The translations under genes and the position numbers were made by a program. From Planctomycetota bacterium (GTDB lineage Bacteria; Planctomycetota; PLA2; JAEUHO01): a stretch of DNA of 64,000 nt. This document shows positions 45,912-55,950 of the stretch, piece after piece (within the stretch, counting starts at the first letter, position 1; the number at the start of each line of letters is the position of its first letter). The DNA is taken from NCBI GenBank assembly GCA_965222115.1, contig CBDCTJ010000007.1:1248001-1312000 (forward strand). The letters are read 5' to 3'. A model generated the notes under the pieces. The model was not told where the DNA came from. It made no database searches and saw nothing but the letters and a program-made list of their open reading frames with translations.

Positions 45912-47392
45912 TGGATCGGCATCTACCGGTCCTCGTCATTGTCGTGCCGATGCTCACGGCACTGCTGCTTCCGATCGTTGCCCGCAAGCGCTACGCGTGG
46001 GCGTGGACGATGGTCATCGTGGCAAGCGCGTTCTCATGCGCCGGGTGTATTCGCCTGCTCTTGCGCGTGATTGAGGACGGGCCGATTCGCTATGCCATGG
46101 GCAACTGGCCTTCGCCTAGCGGCATTGAATACGTCGTCGATCAGCTCAACGCGATTGTGCTGGTCATGATTTCGGCGGTCACATTCCTGGCGGCGATTTG
46201 GATGCGTCGAGGGCTGCGCGGTGAGATCGCGGTGCCATCGCGGCCCGGGTTCCTCGCGGTCTTCCTATTGTGTGCCACCGGCATGATGGGTATTGCCATT
46301 ACCGGTGACGTATTCAATCTCTATGTGTTCCTCGAGATCACGTCGATTACGTCGTATGTGTTGATTGGCATGGGGAAGAAGCGGCAGGCGCTCTACGCGG
46401 GCTACAGCTATCTGATCGTGGGCAGCTTGGGTGCCACGTTCATCTTGCTGGGCATTGGCCATCTCTATATGGCTACGGGATCGCTTTCGATTGCTGATCT
46501 CGCCGGGCGATTGCCAGCACTCTATGACTCAAGCACCATTCGCACGGCGTATGCGTTCTTTACCGTGGGGCTGGCCATCAAGATGGCGCTGTTTCCACTG
46601 CATGGATGGCAGCCCGGGGCCTATACCCACGCGCCGGCAGCCTCCAGCCTATTCATTGCAGCCACGTCTACCAAGCTGTCAGCCTATGCGTTTTATCGCA
46701 TCACCTTCGACGTGTTTGGTAACGAATTCATCGTTTCGATCTTGCCCGATGTCCGCGAGGGTATCTTGATTTTGGCGGTTAGCGCAATTGTCGTGGGTCC
46801 CTTGTTGGCACTCAAACAGACCAACATGAAGCGACTCTTGGCATACTCCAGCGTGGGTCAAATTGGCTACATCATGATCGGGGTTGTACTCGACAACATG
46901 AGTGGACTGACGGGTGGCATTGTTCACTTCTGGAACCACGCGGCCTCTAAGGGATCGCTCTTCTGTGTGGCGGGCGCGTTGGTGTACTTGACTGGTAGCC
47001 CTAAGCTCAGAGACTTGGCGGGGCTGGGAAAGCGTGCGCCGTGGATGGCGGCAGCGCTCACCATTGGCGGGTGCTCGTTGGTTGGTGTTCCGCTCACAGG
47101 CGGATTCCTAACGAAGTTCCATCTGGGCTCGGGCGCGCTTGAGGCCGGTCGTGGCTACATTTTGCCGTTCGTTGTTGTGAGTTCACTGCTCACCGCGATC
47201 TACGTGTGGAAGATGGTGCAGTTGGTGTGGTTTATGCCGGCGTCCGACGATACGCCCACGCAATTTGAAGGTCGTGTGCCGTGGTCCATGCGAGTGCCCG
47301 CATTGATTCTGGCAGTGGCGTGCATCGTGCTGGGCGTCACATCAACCAATGTTGAGATTGCGAAATCTGCGGCGGAGGCTTTGCTTCGCTGA
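45911..47392 (+). CDS. mrpD: Na+/H+ antiporter subunit D family
   Basis: GDVFNLYVFLEI, KMALFPLHGW and KRLLAYSS motifs. Confidence 0.92.
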   Translation: MDRHLPVLVIVVPMLTALLLPIVARKRYAWAWTMVIVASAFSCAGCIRLLLRVIEDGPIRYAMGNWPSPSGIEYVVDQLNAIVLVMISAVTFLAAIWMRRGLRGEIAVPSRPGFLAVFLLCATGMMGIAITGDVFNLYVFLEITSITSYVLIGMGKKRQALYAGYSYLIVGSLGATFILLGIGHLYMATGSLSIADLAGRLPALYDSSTIRTAYAFFTVGLAIKMALFPLHGWQPGAYTHAPAASSLFIAATSTKLSAYAFYRITFDVFGNEFIVSILPDVREGILILAVSAIVVGPLLALKQTNMKRLLAYSSVGQIGYIMIGVVLDNMSGLTGGIVHFWNHAASKGSLFCVAGALVYLTGSPKLRDLAGLGKRAPWMAAALTIGGCSLVGVPLTGGFLTKFHLGSGALEAGRGYILPFVVVSSLLTAIYVWKMVQLVWFMPASDDTPTQFEGRVPWSMRVPALILAVACIVLGVTSTNVEIAKSAAEALLR

Positions 47393-48927
47393 TGGGCACG
47401 CTTGCGATGATGGACTGGGTCACGTTGAACACGCCGTTGGCGTGCATGGCCGTTTGTTTGACCGGTGTGGTCGGGATCATCGCCGCGCGCAAGCATCCCA
47501 ATGTACGCGAGGCCGTAAGCCTGCTTACGGCGGGAACCAATTTCGCGCTCGTATTTTGGATGTATCAACGCTTTCAGGCGGGCGAACAAATCGAGTCATC
47601 ATTACTCGAGTTGGTTCCGGGTCTCTCGCTGTCCTTCAAGGTAGATGCGTTGGGACTCTTGTTCGCGCTTGTGGCGTCGGGGCTATGGATCCTCAATACG
47701 CTTTACTCGATTGGGTATATGCGTGCCCACGACGAGCATAAGCAGACGCGTTTCTATTGTTGTTTTGCGATTGCGATTGCCGCCGTGATGGGTGCGGCAT
47801 TCTCGGCCAACCTCTTCTCGATGTTTGCGTTCTACGAGATGCTAACGATTTGCACGTATCCACTCGTCATCCACGCCGAGACCGATGTGGCGCGTGCCGG
47901 TGCGAAGCGCTACGTGAGCTATCTGCTGGGTACCTCACTCGCGTTCCTATTGCCTGCGCTATTCATTGTTTGGCATCACGCCGGCTCGCTCGATTTTATG
48001 CCCGATGGACTGCTTCGGGGAAGCGAGGCGGGTGCCGGCATCCTCGGCCTTGCATTCGTGATGTCGGTGTTTGGATTGGCCAAGTGCGGCATGATGCCGT
48101 TTCACAATTGGCTGCCCGCCGCCATGGTTGCGCCCACGCCTGTGAGCGCGCTGCTCCACGCCGTGGCCGTAGTGAAAATGGGCGTGTTTGGTGTGTGTCG
48201 CATCGTGTTTCACGTATTCGGTGTGGATCTCCTGGCTGACGTTGGTATTGCCGACTTCCTTGTCATCGGCGCCTGCTTCACCATTGTTTGCGGGTCGTTG
48301 ATTGCATTGGTGCAAGACAATCTCAAGCGACGATTGGCCTATAGCACCATCTCGCAGCTCAGTTACATCTTGTTGGGCGTTGCGCTCTTGGCGCCCGAAG
48401 CCGGTATTGGCGGCGTTTCACACATTGCTGCTCACGCGTGGTCAAAGATCACGTTGTTCTTTGCTGCGGGTGCGATCTACGTGGCTGCGCACAAGACGAA
48501 GGTCAGCGAACTGGATGGCATAGGCCGGCGTATGCCATTCACCATGGGCGCCTTCACGGTGGGGGCCTTGTCCATGATCGGCGTGCCGCCCACGGCCGGC
48601 ATCGTCAGCAAGTGGTATCTCGTACAGGGGTCGGCCGAGCAGATCAACTACGGTGTGATGGCCGTGCTCTTTGCGAGCACGGTGCTCAATGCCGCCTACT
48701 TCTTGCCGATCATTTGGCGGGCCTTCTTCCGACCGGCGCCCGTGGATGATCATCACGATGACGATCACCATCACGAGTCTTCAAGGCAGCCGTGGGGACT
48801 CAAGGAAGCGCCCTGGCCGTGTGTTGTGGCCCTCTCACTCACCGCGGTGGGAACGATACTGTGGTTCATCTTCCCTGAATGGTTCGTTGGACTTGCCCAG
48901 CAAGTCGTCGCCGGGGGGGGCTCGTAA
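47392..48927 (+). CDS. Second MrpD/MrpA-like proton-conducting subunit
   Basis: FYEMLT, PFHNWLPAAMVAPTPVSALLHAVAVVK and KRRLAYST motifs. Confidence 0.9.
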   Translation: MGTLAMMDWVTLNTPLACMAVCLTGVVGIIAARKHPNVREAVSLLTAGTNFALVFWMYQRFQAGEQIESSLLELVPGLSLSFKVDALGLLFALVASGLWILNTLYSIGYMRAHDEHKQTRFYCCFAIAIAAVMGAAFSANLFSMFAFYEMLTICTYPLVIHAETDVARAGAKRYVSYLLGTSLAFLLPALFIVWHHAGSLDFMPDGLLRGSEAGAGILGLAFVMSVFGLAKCGMMPFHNWLPAAMVAPTPVSALLHAVAVVKMGVFGVCRIVFHVFGVDLLADVGIADFLVIGACFTIVCGSLIALVQDNLKRRLAYSTISQLSYILLGVALLAPEAGIGGVSHIAAHAWSKITLFFAAGAIYVAAHKTKVSELDGIGRRMPFTMGAFTVGALSMIGVPPTAGIVSKWYLVQGSAEQINYGVMAVLFASTVLNAAYFLPIIWRAFFRPAPVDDHHDDDHHHESSRQPWGLKEAPWPCVVALSLTAVGTILWFIFPEWFVGLAQQVVAGGGS

Positions 48928-49301
48928 TGGCCGATCACCCGAGTGTGCCTAAGGACACGGAACTTTTGGACCTGGAAGGCAATCCGGTGCCGCGCAAGGC
49001 ACCCGATGAAGTGCCGGGCTTCTTTGATAAGAAAAAGAACGTTCGATTGCTGATCGTGCTTTCGTTCTTCGTGGTGCTTGCGCTCTTTGCGTGCGACTTT
49101 TTCCTCCACTACCACATTCACATGGGTGGGGAGCAGGTGCCCGGGTTCTATCTCTTGTTTGGACTCGTCGCGTCAATCATCTTAATTGTGGCGTCGAAGT
49201 TGTTGGCCAAGCCGCTAAAGCGCAAGCCCGACTATTGGGACGATGAACCGTTTGCGCAAGACCCCGTCCCCCGCGATGTGAAGGGAGGTAGCCATGAGTA
49301 G
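48927..49301 (+). CDS. Small two-TM accessory protein of the Mrp operon
   Basis: PGFYLLFG...LKRKPDYW, translationally coupled on both sides. Confidence 0.75.
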   Translation: MADHPSVPKDTELLDLEGNPVPRKAPDEVPGFFDKKKNVRLLIVLSFFVVLALFACDFFLHYHIHMGGEQVPGFYLLFGLVASIILIVASKLLAKPLKRKPDYWDDEPFAQDPVPRDVKGGSHE

Positions 49302-51108
49302 CTTCCCTCCCGGTATTTGGTTGATCGTTGGGGGCCTGGCACTTGGCCTGTTGCCGAGCTACCTGCGACGTGTCGCCACGATTCTGCTTGGCGCACTCGC
49401 CGTGTTCCATATGGCCTCGCTTGAGGTTGGGACAACCATCGAATGGAGTTTCTGGGGACTCGACATTGCGATCCTCGACGTGGATCGATTGAGCCTTGTC
49501 TTTGGTTGGATCTTTTCCATCGCGATTCTCCTGTGGGGCGTCTACGCGTTTCATCTAAAGAGTCGCTTGGAGTCGGTGTCGGCACTCGTGTACGGCGGCG
49601 GCGCATTGGGTGTTGTCTTTGCCGGCGACATGCTCACCCTGTTCCTCTATTGGGAACTCATGGCGGTCGCGTCGACTGGTGTTGTGCTCGCGGGCACCAA
49701 ATCCGGCGCGCGCGCCGCCGCACTTCGCTATGTCACTGTCCACTTGGCGGGCGGCGTCTTGCTTCTTTTTGGCATCGCGTTGCGCGCCACCGGCCCAGCG
49801 GGCACACTCGAATTCGGCCCCATGGCCCTCGACTCGGTGGCCACATGGTTAATCTTCCTGGGCTTCGCGATCAACGCGGCCATCCCACCGCTTGGTGGAT
49901 GGATGCCCGACACCTATCCCGAAGGATCACCGTCCGGTTCCGTTTTCTTGAGCGCGTTCACAACCAAGACGTCAGTCTATGTGCTCGCGACGGCCTTTGC
50001 GGGCGAGTCGCTCTTGATCGCGCTGGGCGCGGGCATGTCGATCTACGGCATATTCTATGCGCTAAACGAGAACGACTCGCGTCGCATTTTGAGTTACAGC
50101 ATTATGAATCAGGTGGGATTCATGGTGTGCGGCATCGGTATTGGCACGGAGCTGGCCATCAACGGGGTGGCAGCCCACGCGTTTTGTCACATTCTCTATA
50201 AGTCGTTGCTCTTCATGTCGGCCGGTGCGGTCTACTACCGCACGGGGCTTACGAAGTGCACGGATCTTGGTGGGCTGTGGCGCACCATGCCACTGTCGTT
50301 CGTGTTTGGACTGATTGGCGCATTGAGCATCTCGGCCATGCCACTCACCAACGGATTTATTAGCAAGCCCATGGTGGTGGAGGCCGCAGCCCACGGATCG
50401 CATGACAGCGCGCTGTTCATGTTTGCGTACGTGGCGTTGTTGGTGGCCTCCGCGGGCGTGTCGCTGCACGCGGGCATTAAATTCCCCTGGTTCGTGTTCT
50501 TTGCCAAGGACAAGGGACTGCGTCCCAAGGAAGCACCGATTCACATGCTGTTGGCCATGGGCATCGTGAGCGCGCTGTGCATCGGACTCGGTGTCTACCC
50601 GGCACCTCTTTACGAGATATTGCCGTTCCATGTCGATTTCAATGCGTATACTGCCGAGCACGTCGTGTTGCAGTTGGAATTGCTGGTTGCCTCGGGTTTT
50701 GCGTTCTTCCTGCTACTTAAGATGCTGAAGCGCACCGACACCATCGTGCTGGACACCGATTGGTTCTATCGCCGGGGCTCGAAACTCTTCTTTCGCTTTG
50801 TGGCAGGACCGCTCATGGCGTTCTTCGGTTGGACAAGCGGACTCGTCCACGAACGCATCCCAGCCGCACTCAAATACTTCTCGCGCAACCCTGCTGGGGC
50901 CGTGAAGCTTGCAGTGGACCGCGCAATGCTTGCTGGTGCGGGCGCCTTCGGATCGATGCAAGCAATCGATCGCGCGCAGAAGCGACTGCGCGATGACCAA
51001 GCTCGCTACCTCGAAGATCGTCACGGCACGGAATGGCCGATTGGTGTCACAGTGCTCTACACGGCCGTCGCGCTTCTCATTTTCTTGGTGATCTACCTGA
51101 TTCGGTAG
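49294..51108 (+). CDS. Third MrpD-family subunit
   Basis: YWELMA, WMPDTYPE, SAFTTK and HAFCHILYKSLLFM motifs. Confidence 0.9.
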   Translation: MSSFPPGIWLIVGGLALGLLPSYLRRVATILLGALAVFHMASLEVGTTIEWSFWGLDIAILDVDRLSLVFGWIFSIAILLWGVYAFHLKSRLESVSALVYGGGALGVVFAGDMLTLFLYWELMAVASTGVVLAGTKSGARAAALRYVTVHLAGGVLLLFGIALRATGPAGTLEFGPMALDSVATWLIFLGFAINAAIPPLGGWMPDTYPEGSPSGSVFLSAFTTKTSVYVLATAFAGESLLIALGAGMSIYGIFYALNENDSRRILSYSIMNQVGFMVCGIGIGTELAINGVAAHAFCHILYKSLLFMSAGAVYYRTGLTKCTDLGGLWRTMPLSFVFGLIGALSISAMPLTNGFISKPMVVEAAAHGSHDSALFMFAYVALLVASAGVSLHAGIKFPWFVFFAKDKGLRPKEAPIHMLLAMGIVSALCIGLGVYPAPLYEILPFHVDFNAYTAEHVVLQLELLVASGFAFFLLLKMLKRTDTIVLDTDWFYRRGSKLFFRFVAGPLMAFFGWTSGLVHERIPAALKYFSRNPAGAVKLAVDRAMLAGAGAFGSMQAIDRAQKRLRDDQARYLEDRHGTEWPIGVTVLYTAVALLIFLVIYLIR

Positions 51109-51157
51109 TCGCTCCGGAAAATCCGCCTCGGGGCACTTGGTTTCTTACAATAGGCCC

Positions 51158-52099
51158 ATGAAACATGCAGTGACCGGCGCGTTCGGATACTCAGGTCGAT
51201 ACATCGCCAAGCGCTTGTTGGCGGCGGGGGAGGAGGTCATCACCCTGACCAACTCACTAGAGCGTGAAAATCCCTTTGGCGAACGCGTCAATGCGCATCC
51301 GTTTTGCTTTGATGAACCGGCGAAACTCGTGGAGGCATTGCGCGGCGTTGACGTGCTCTACAACACCTATTGGGTGCGCTTCAATCACAAGTCCTTTACG
51401 CATGCCGACGCGGTGAAGAACACGATGATCTTGTTCGATGCGGCCAAGGAGGCCGGTGTCAAACGCGTCGTGCACGTGAGCATCACGAATCCTTCGGAGG
51501 ACTCGCCGCTTGAGTACTTCAGCGGCAAGGCGCGATTGGAACGCGCGCTCAGGGAGAGCGGCCTGTCCCACGCCATTCTTCGCCCCACGGTGTTGTTTGG
51601 AAAAGAGGACATTCTGATCAACAACATCGCCTGGGCGCTACGACGCTTTCCGGTGTTTGGGGTGTTTGGTCGGGGTCGCTATCGCATGCAGCCCATTTAT
51701 GTGGATGACCTTGCGGAACTTGCTGTCGAACAAGGAACGCGTCGTGAGAACATCGTGGTTCAGGCCATCGGACCCGAGACGTTCACCTACCGCGAACTGG
51801 TAAAGACGATTGGAAAGGCCATCGGGAAGCGGCGACTTGTAATGAGCATGCCCCCGTTTCTCGCCCACTGGTTCTGCGTCATCGTGGGCAAGATCGTGGG
51901 CGACGTCTTCGTCACGCGCGAGGAGATCAAGGGGCTTATGGCGGACCTGCTCTACGTGGACGCCCCGCCGGCCGGAACGACCCGTCTCACCGAGTGGATT
52001 GCGCGCCACGCCGACACGTTGGGTGTGCGCTACGCCAACGAGCTCGCCCGCCGCCGAGACCGCAAGCGGGCCTACACCGCGTCACCCGCCGCGAGCTAA
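51158..52099 (+). CDS. NAD(P)-dependent epimerase / atypical SDR (NDUFA9-like)
   Basis: TGAFGYSG Rossmann motif, YFSGK, LRPTVLFG and QPIYVDD. Confidence 0.88.
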   Translation: MKHAVTGAFGYSGRYIAKRLLAAGEEVITLTNSLERENPFGERVNAHPFCFDEPAKLVEALRGVDVLYNTYWVRFNHKSFTHADAVKNTMILFDAAKEAGVKRVVHVSITNPSEDSPLEYFSGKARLERALRESGLSHAILRPTVLFGKEDILINNIAWALRRFPVFGVFGRGRYRMQPIYVDDLAELAVEQGTRRENIVVQAIGPETFTYRELVKTIGKAIGKRRLVMSMPPFLAHWFCVIVGKIVGDVFVTREEIKGLMADLLYVDAPPAGTTRLTEWIARHADTLGVRYANELARRRDRKRAYTASPAAS

Positions 52100-52271
52100 A
52101 GCCACGCATCGGTGCCGGGAGCGAATGCGCAAGTTAAGAATTTGTGCCGGGAGCAAATGTGTGGGGTTGCCTGCAATTTGGTGGCGGGGAGAAATGGGGG
52201 GCCTCTATAGTCCCCGGGTTCGGGGCAGGAATTTCAGCTCGTCGCCGAATCAACCGTAGGGAGCCGAATCG

Positions 52272-54410
52272 ATGAAGGTACCGGAACAGGGTCTTTGGGC
52301 CATTGGCGCCGCCGTGCTGGGGCTGATCGTGGCCGCCGTCTTGGCCAAGCGCGTCGCGTCAAAGGATCGCGGCAATGACCGCATGAAAGAGATTCAAGAC
52401 AGCATCTCCGAGGGCGCTATGGCGTTTCTCGGACGCGAATATCGCGTGCTATCGATCTTCGTGCTGGGCGTGGCGGTGTTGTTGGCAGTTGGGTTGTCGG
52501 CCGACAACATCGAAAACCTTGGCATCAAGACTGCCGCAGCCTTCGTTGCCGGCGCGGTGTGTTCATCGTTGTGCGGATTTGGCGGTATGAAGATTGCCAC
52601 CGCTGCTAACGCACGCACAACGCAAGCGGCCACACGCAGTTTCAATGAAGCACTCGGCGTTGCGTTCCCCGGTGGCGTGGTCATGGGCTTGCTCGTGATG
52701 TGTCTCGGCATCTTGGGCTTGCTTGGGCTCTTTTATCTCTTCGCCGATATGGAAGGTGAAGGTGGGTTGGTTTCCGCCTCAACGATTCTCGCAGGCTTCT
52801 CCATGGGCGCTTCGTCGATTGCGCTCTTCGCTCGTGTGGGTGGCGGCATCTACACCAAAGCTGCTGACGTGGGTGCAGATCTCGTGGGAAAGGTCGAAGC
52901 GGGCATTCCCGAGGACGATCCGCGCAACCCTGCCGTGATTGCCGACAACGTGGGCGACAATGTGGGCGACGTAGCGGGTATGGGCGCCGACCTGTTTGAG
53001 AGTTTCGTGGGCGCGATCTTGAGTTCAGTCGTGATTGCCGTTTCCTTGCCGCTGAGCGACACTCTGGCCTCATGGACGGGCGACGCAAGTGTGTTGGATA
53101 CGGCACGCACGTCGGCCGTAGGATTCGTGTTCGCGGCCCTCGCCCTGGGTGTGGTGGCCTCAATAATTGGCATTCTGGCAGTGCGCGTAAAGGAAGGCGG
53201 CGATCCGCAATCCGCACTTCGTCGCGGAACCATTGTGAGTTCTGTGCTCTTCGCGGCGGGTGTGTTTGCCTTGGCGACCGTGGTGTTTAAGGACATCGAA
53301 GGTGTCAACACATTGAACTGGGCCATCGCCATGATCGTGGGCCTCGGTTGTGGATTCGCGATTGGGCTTACGGCGGAGCACTACACCTCCGGCAAGGTGG
53401 TGGAAAAGCTCGCGGAGCAAAGCGACAACTACGCCACCAACATTATTGGCGGGCTTGGTATTGGCTTTCGCTCGGCACTGCTCCCGCTTGTGTTGATCTG
53501 TATTGCGGTTGTTGCGGGATACGAACTGGGCGGCATGTTTGGGATCACGCTTGCGGCGATCGGTATGCTTGGTGTGCTCGGCATTACGGTTGGTGTGGAC
53601 GCCTATGGACCGATTGCTGACAACGCGGGTGGCATCGCCGAGATGGCACACCTACCTCCCGAGGTTCGCGAACGCACCGATAGCTTGGATGCAGCGGGCA
53701 ATACGACGGCTGCGATTGCGAAGGGCTTCGCCATTGGCTCGGCGGCACTTACCGCACTTGCACTCTTTGTTGCTTACAAGGCCGCGCTTTCGAACTTGGG
53801 TTGGGAACTCAATCTCGATGTCAGTCGACCCATTGTGCTGGCCGGGTTGTTCTTGGGCGGTGTGATTCCCTTCCTGTTCTCGGCCGACACCATGAGCGCG
53901 GTGGGCCGTGCCGCACAAGCGGTGATTCACGAAGTGCAACGCCAGTTCCGCGAAGTGCCGGGTCTCAAGGAAGGCCGTGACGATGCGCGCGCCGACTATG
54001 CGACGTGTGTCGACATCACCACCAAGAGCGCGCTCTCCGAGATGATCAAACCGGGACTATTGGCCGTGTTGATTCCCGCCTTGGTTGGTATCTTGCTGGG
54101 ACCCGATGCCCTTGGCGGGTTGCTTGCCGGTTCCCTCGCCGCGGGCGTGCCGCTTGCAATCATGTTGTCTAACGCCGGTGGTGCTTGGGACAATGCCAAG
54201 AAGCACATCGAGGCCACCGGTGGCAAGGGCAGTGAACGACATAAAGCAGCCGTCGTTGGTGACACAGTCGGTGACCCATTCAAAGATACCTCGGGGCCGT
54301 CGATCAACATCTTGCTCAAGCTCATGGCGGTGATTTCGCTCGTCTTAGCGCCGGTGATTGTGAAGCTCTTTACGTCATTGCCTTGGGCAGACGCGCTACG
54401 CGGCGTCTGA
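52272..54410 (+). CDS. hppA: Membrane pyrophosphatase, K+-dependent, probably Na+-translocating
   Basis: DVGADLVGKVE, DNVGDNVGD, ADLFES, GNTTAA (Ala, the K+-dependent signature) and GDTVGDPFKD. Confidence 0.95.
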   Translation: MKVPEQGLWAIGAAVLGLIVAAVLAKRVASKDRGNDRMKEIQDSISEGAMAFLGREYRVLSIFVLGVAVLLAVGLSADNIENLGIKTAAAFVAGAVCSSLCGFGGMKIATAANARTTQAATRSFNEALGVAFPGGVVMGLLVMCLGILGLLGLFYLFADMEGEGGLVSASTILAGFSMGASSIALFARVGGGIYTKAADVGADLVGKVEAGIPEDDPRNPAVIADNVGDNVGDVAGMGADLFESFVGAILSSVVIAVSLPLSDTLASWTGDASVLDTARTSAVGFVFAALALGVVASIIGILAVRVKEGGDPQSALRRGTIVSSVLFAAGVFALATVVFKDIEGVNTLNWAIAMIVGLGCGFAIGLTAEHYTSGKVVEKLAEQSDNYATNIIGGLGIGFRSALLPLVLICIAVVAGYELGGMFGITLAAIGMLGVLGITVGVDAYGPIADNAGGIAEMAHLPPEVRERTDSLDAAGNTTAAIAKGFAIGSAALTALALFVAYKAALSNLGWELNLDVSRPIVLAGLFLGGVIPFLFSADTMSAVGRAAQAVIHEVQRQFREVPGLKEGRDDARADYATCVDITTKSALSEMIKPGLLAVLIPALVGILLGPDALGGLLAGSLAAGVPLAIMLSNAGGAWDNAKKHIEATGGKGSERHKAAVVGDTVGDPFKDTSGPSINILLKLMAVISLVLAPVIVKLFTSLPWADALRGV

Positions 54411-54671
54411 TCGCGACGCAAAAAGAACGTCATAAACCTATACGCCGTGGGCTCGTAGAAACGCGAGCGCACGGCGCTTTCAATTGACCGCTGACGCGCG
54501 AGTGACGCAACACGCCGCGAATATCGCGTAATACGAGGTGCGGGGGACACCTCCGTACACTTAGACCCTGGCGGTGCGTCCATCCTTGCCTGCTCACTTG
54601 CAAGGTGGGTGTTGCATGACTTCGATCCGACCTAGGAGAGGAAGGGGTCGTGCACCAATTGGAGGCGGTAC

Positions 54672-55889
54672 ATGCACACGAATAGCCCAACAAGTCGTCC
54701 AGCGGCTAGTCAGACCCGCATGCGCCTACTGTTGAGTGGGGGCGCAGTGCTGGCATTTCTCATGGGGCTTCAGTTGGGCCCGCTGACGCACGGAACGCGT
54801 GCTACGGAATCGAGCGACACCAGTGGGTTGAGCATCAAACAGGCCCATGCTGCGCGCGGCGACGCCTACATCGACCGACGTCGAACACGGGTGGTGCGCG
54901 CCGTCGAGCACGCCGCTCCTGCCGTAGTAAGTGTTCACTCCGACGTGGTGAGTCGACGTGGCTACACACGCGGCGCCGGCGCGGGCGTGATTGTTCATCC
55001 CGATGGTTACGTCGTCACCAATTCCCACGTCGTGGATCGTGGCGCGCGCATTTCTGTTGAGCTGTTCCGTGGTGCCGGCAAGTACCGCGCGCAATTGATT
55101 GCCGACCATCCCTCGGGTGACCTCGCGGTCCTCAAGATCGTTGGGCGTGGACCGTTTCCCTACGTCACATGCGGCGACTCACGTCCGCCCATGCTTGGCG
55201 AGACGGCCATTGCGATAGGTAACCCCCGCGGCTTGGGTGACACGATCACCGTTGGCGTTGTGAGTGCTCTCGGTCGCGACGCCAAAATGTCGAATGGCGT
55301 TGCCTTGCGAGGCCTCGTGCAAACCGACGCGTCCATCAACACCGGCAGTAGCGGTGGCGCGCTACTCAATCTCGATGGGGAGTTGCTCGGAATCATTGTA
55401 TCGCTCCTTCCCAGTTCGAGCGGTATCGCGTTTGCGATTCCCGCGCCCATGGTGCGTCGCATGCTCGATCGATCGTTGCGCCACTTGCCCAATCCCAATC
55501 CGTTGCCCTACTCGTCGGCGGAGATGGCTGGCAGTGCGGGTGTTCCGTCGCCTAGCGTGGGGCCCGCCAATCGTGCTGTCGTTCCCCAATCGGCACCAAC
55601 CATTCCGAGCGATTCAAACACTACGCCCCTGCGACCCGACGACTTCGGCATGAAGGTACGTGACAACGGCAAGTTGGTTCAGGTGGAGCGCGTCTACGCG
55701 TCTACGGTTGCTTCCACAGCCGGAATTCGCGCCGGTGACTATCTCTTGGCAGTCGACGGTCATCCAATCGAGGGCGCCATTGATCTCATCATGGCGTTTT
55801 CCACCGCGGTGAAGGGTCGCACCTATCAACTGCTAGTTCGCCGCGGGGCAAAAGAGGTCTACACCACCATTATGGCACCGATTCCGTAG
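54672..55889 (+). CDS. HtrA/DegP-family serine protease with one PDZ domain
   Basis: TNSHVV, DLAVLK and QTDASINTGSSGG, then C-terminal AGIRAGD PDZ motif. Confidence 0.92.
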   Translation: MHTNSPTSRPAASQTRMRLLLSGGAVLAFLMGLQLGPLTHGTRATESSDTSGLSIKQAHAARGDAYIDRRRTRVVRAVEHAAPAVVSVHSDVVSRRGYTRGAGAGVIVHPDGYVVTNSHVVDRGARISVELFRGAGKYRAQLIADHPSGDLAVLKIVGRGPFPYVTCGDSRPPMLGETAIAIGNPRGLGDTITVGVVSALGRDAKMSNGVALRGLVQTDASINTGSSGGALLNLDGELLGIIVSLLPSSSGIAFAIPAPMVRRMLDRSLRHLPNPNPLPYSSAEMAGSAGVPSPSVGPANRAVVPQSAPTIPSDSNTTPLRPDDFGMKVRDNGKLVQVERVYASTVASTAGIRAGDYLLAVDGHPIEGAIDLIMAFSTAVKGRTYQLLVRRGAKEVYTTIMAPIP

Positions 55890-55950
55890 CCTCTCGAACC
55901 ACGCGCAAGAGGTCTGCGTGTGCCGGAGGTCGCGCCGGTACACTCCCCGC

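Noticed and set aside
43206-51108. Membrane-bound hydrogenase (Mbh/Ehb) or complex I
   Set aside because: No NiFe, Fe-S or NuoH-like subunits; only antiporter-type subunits are present.
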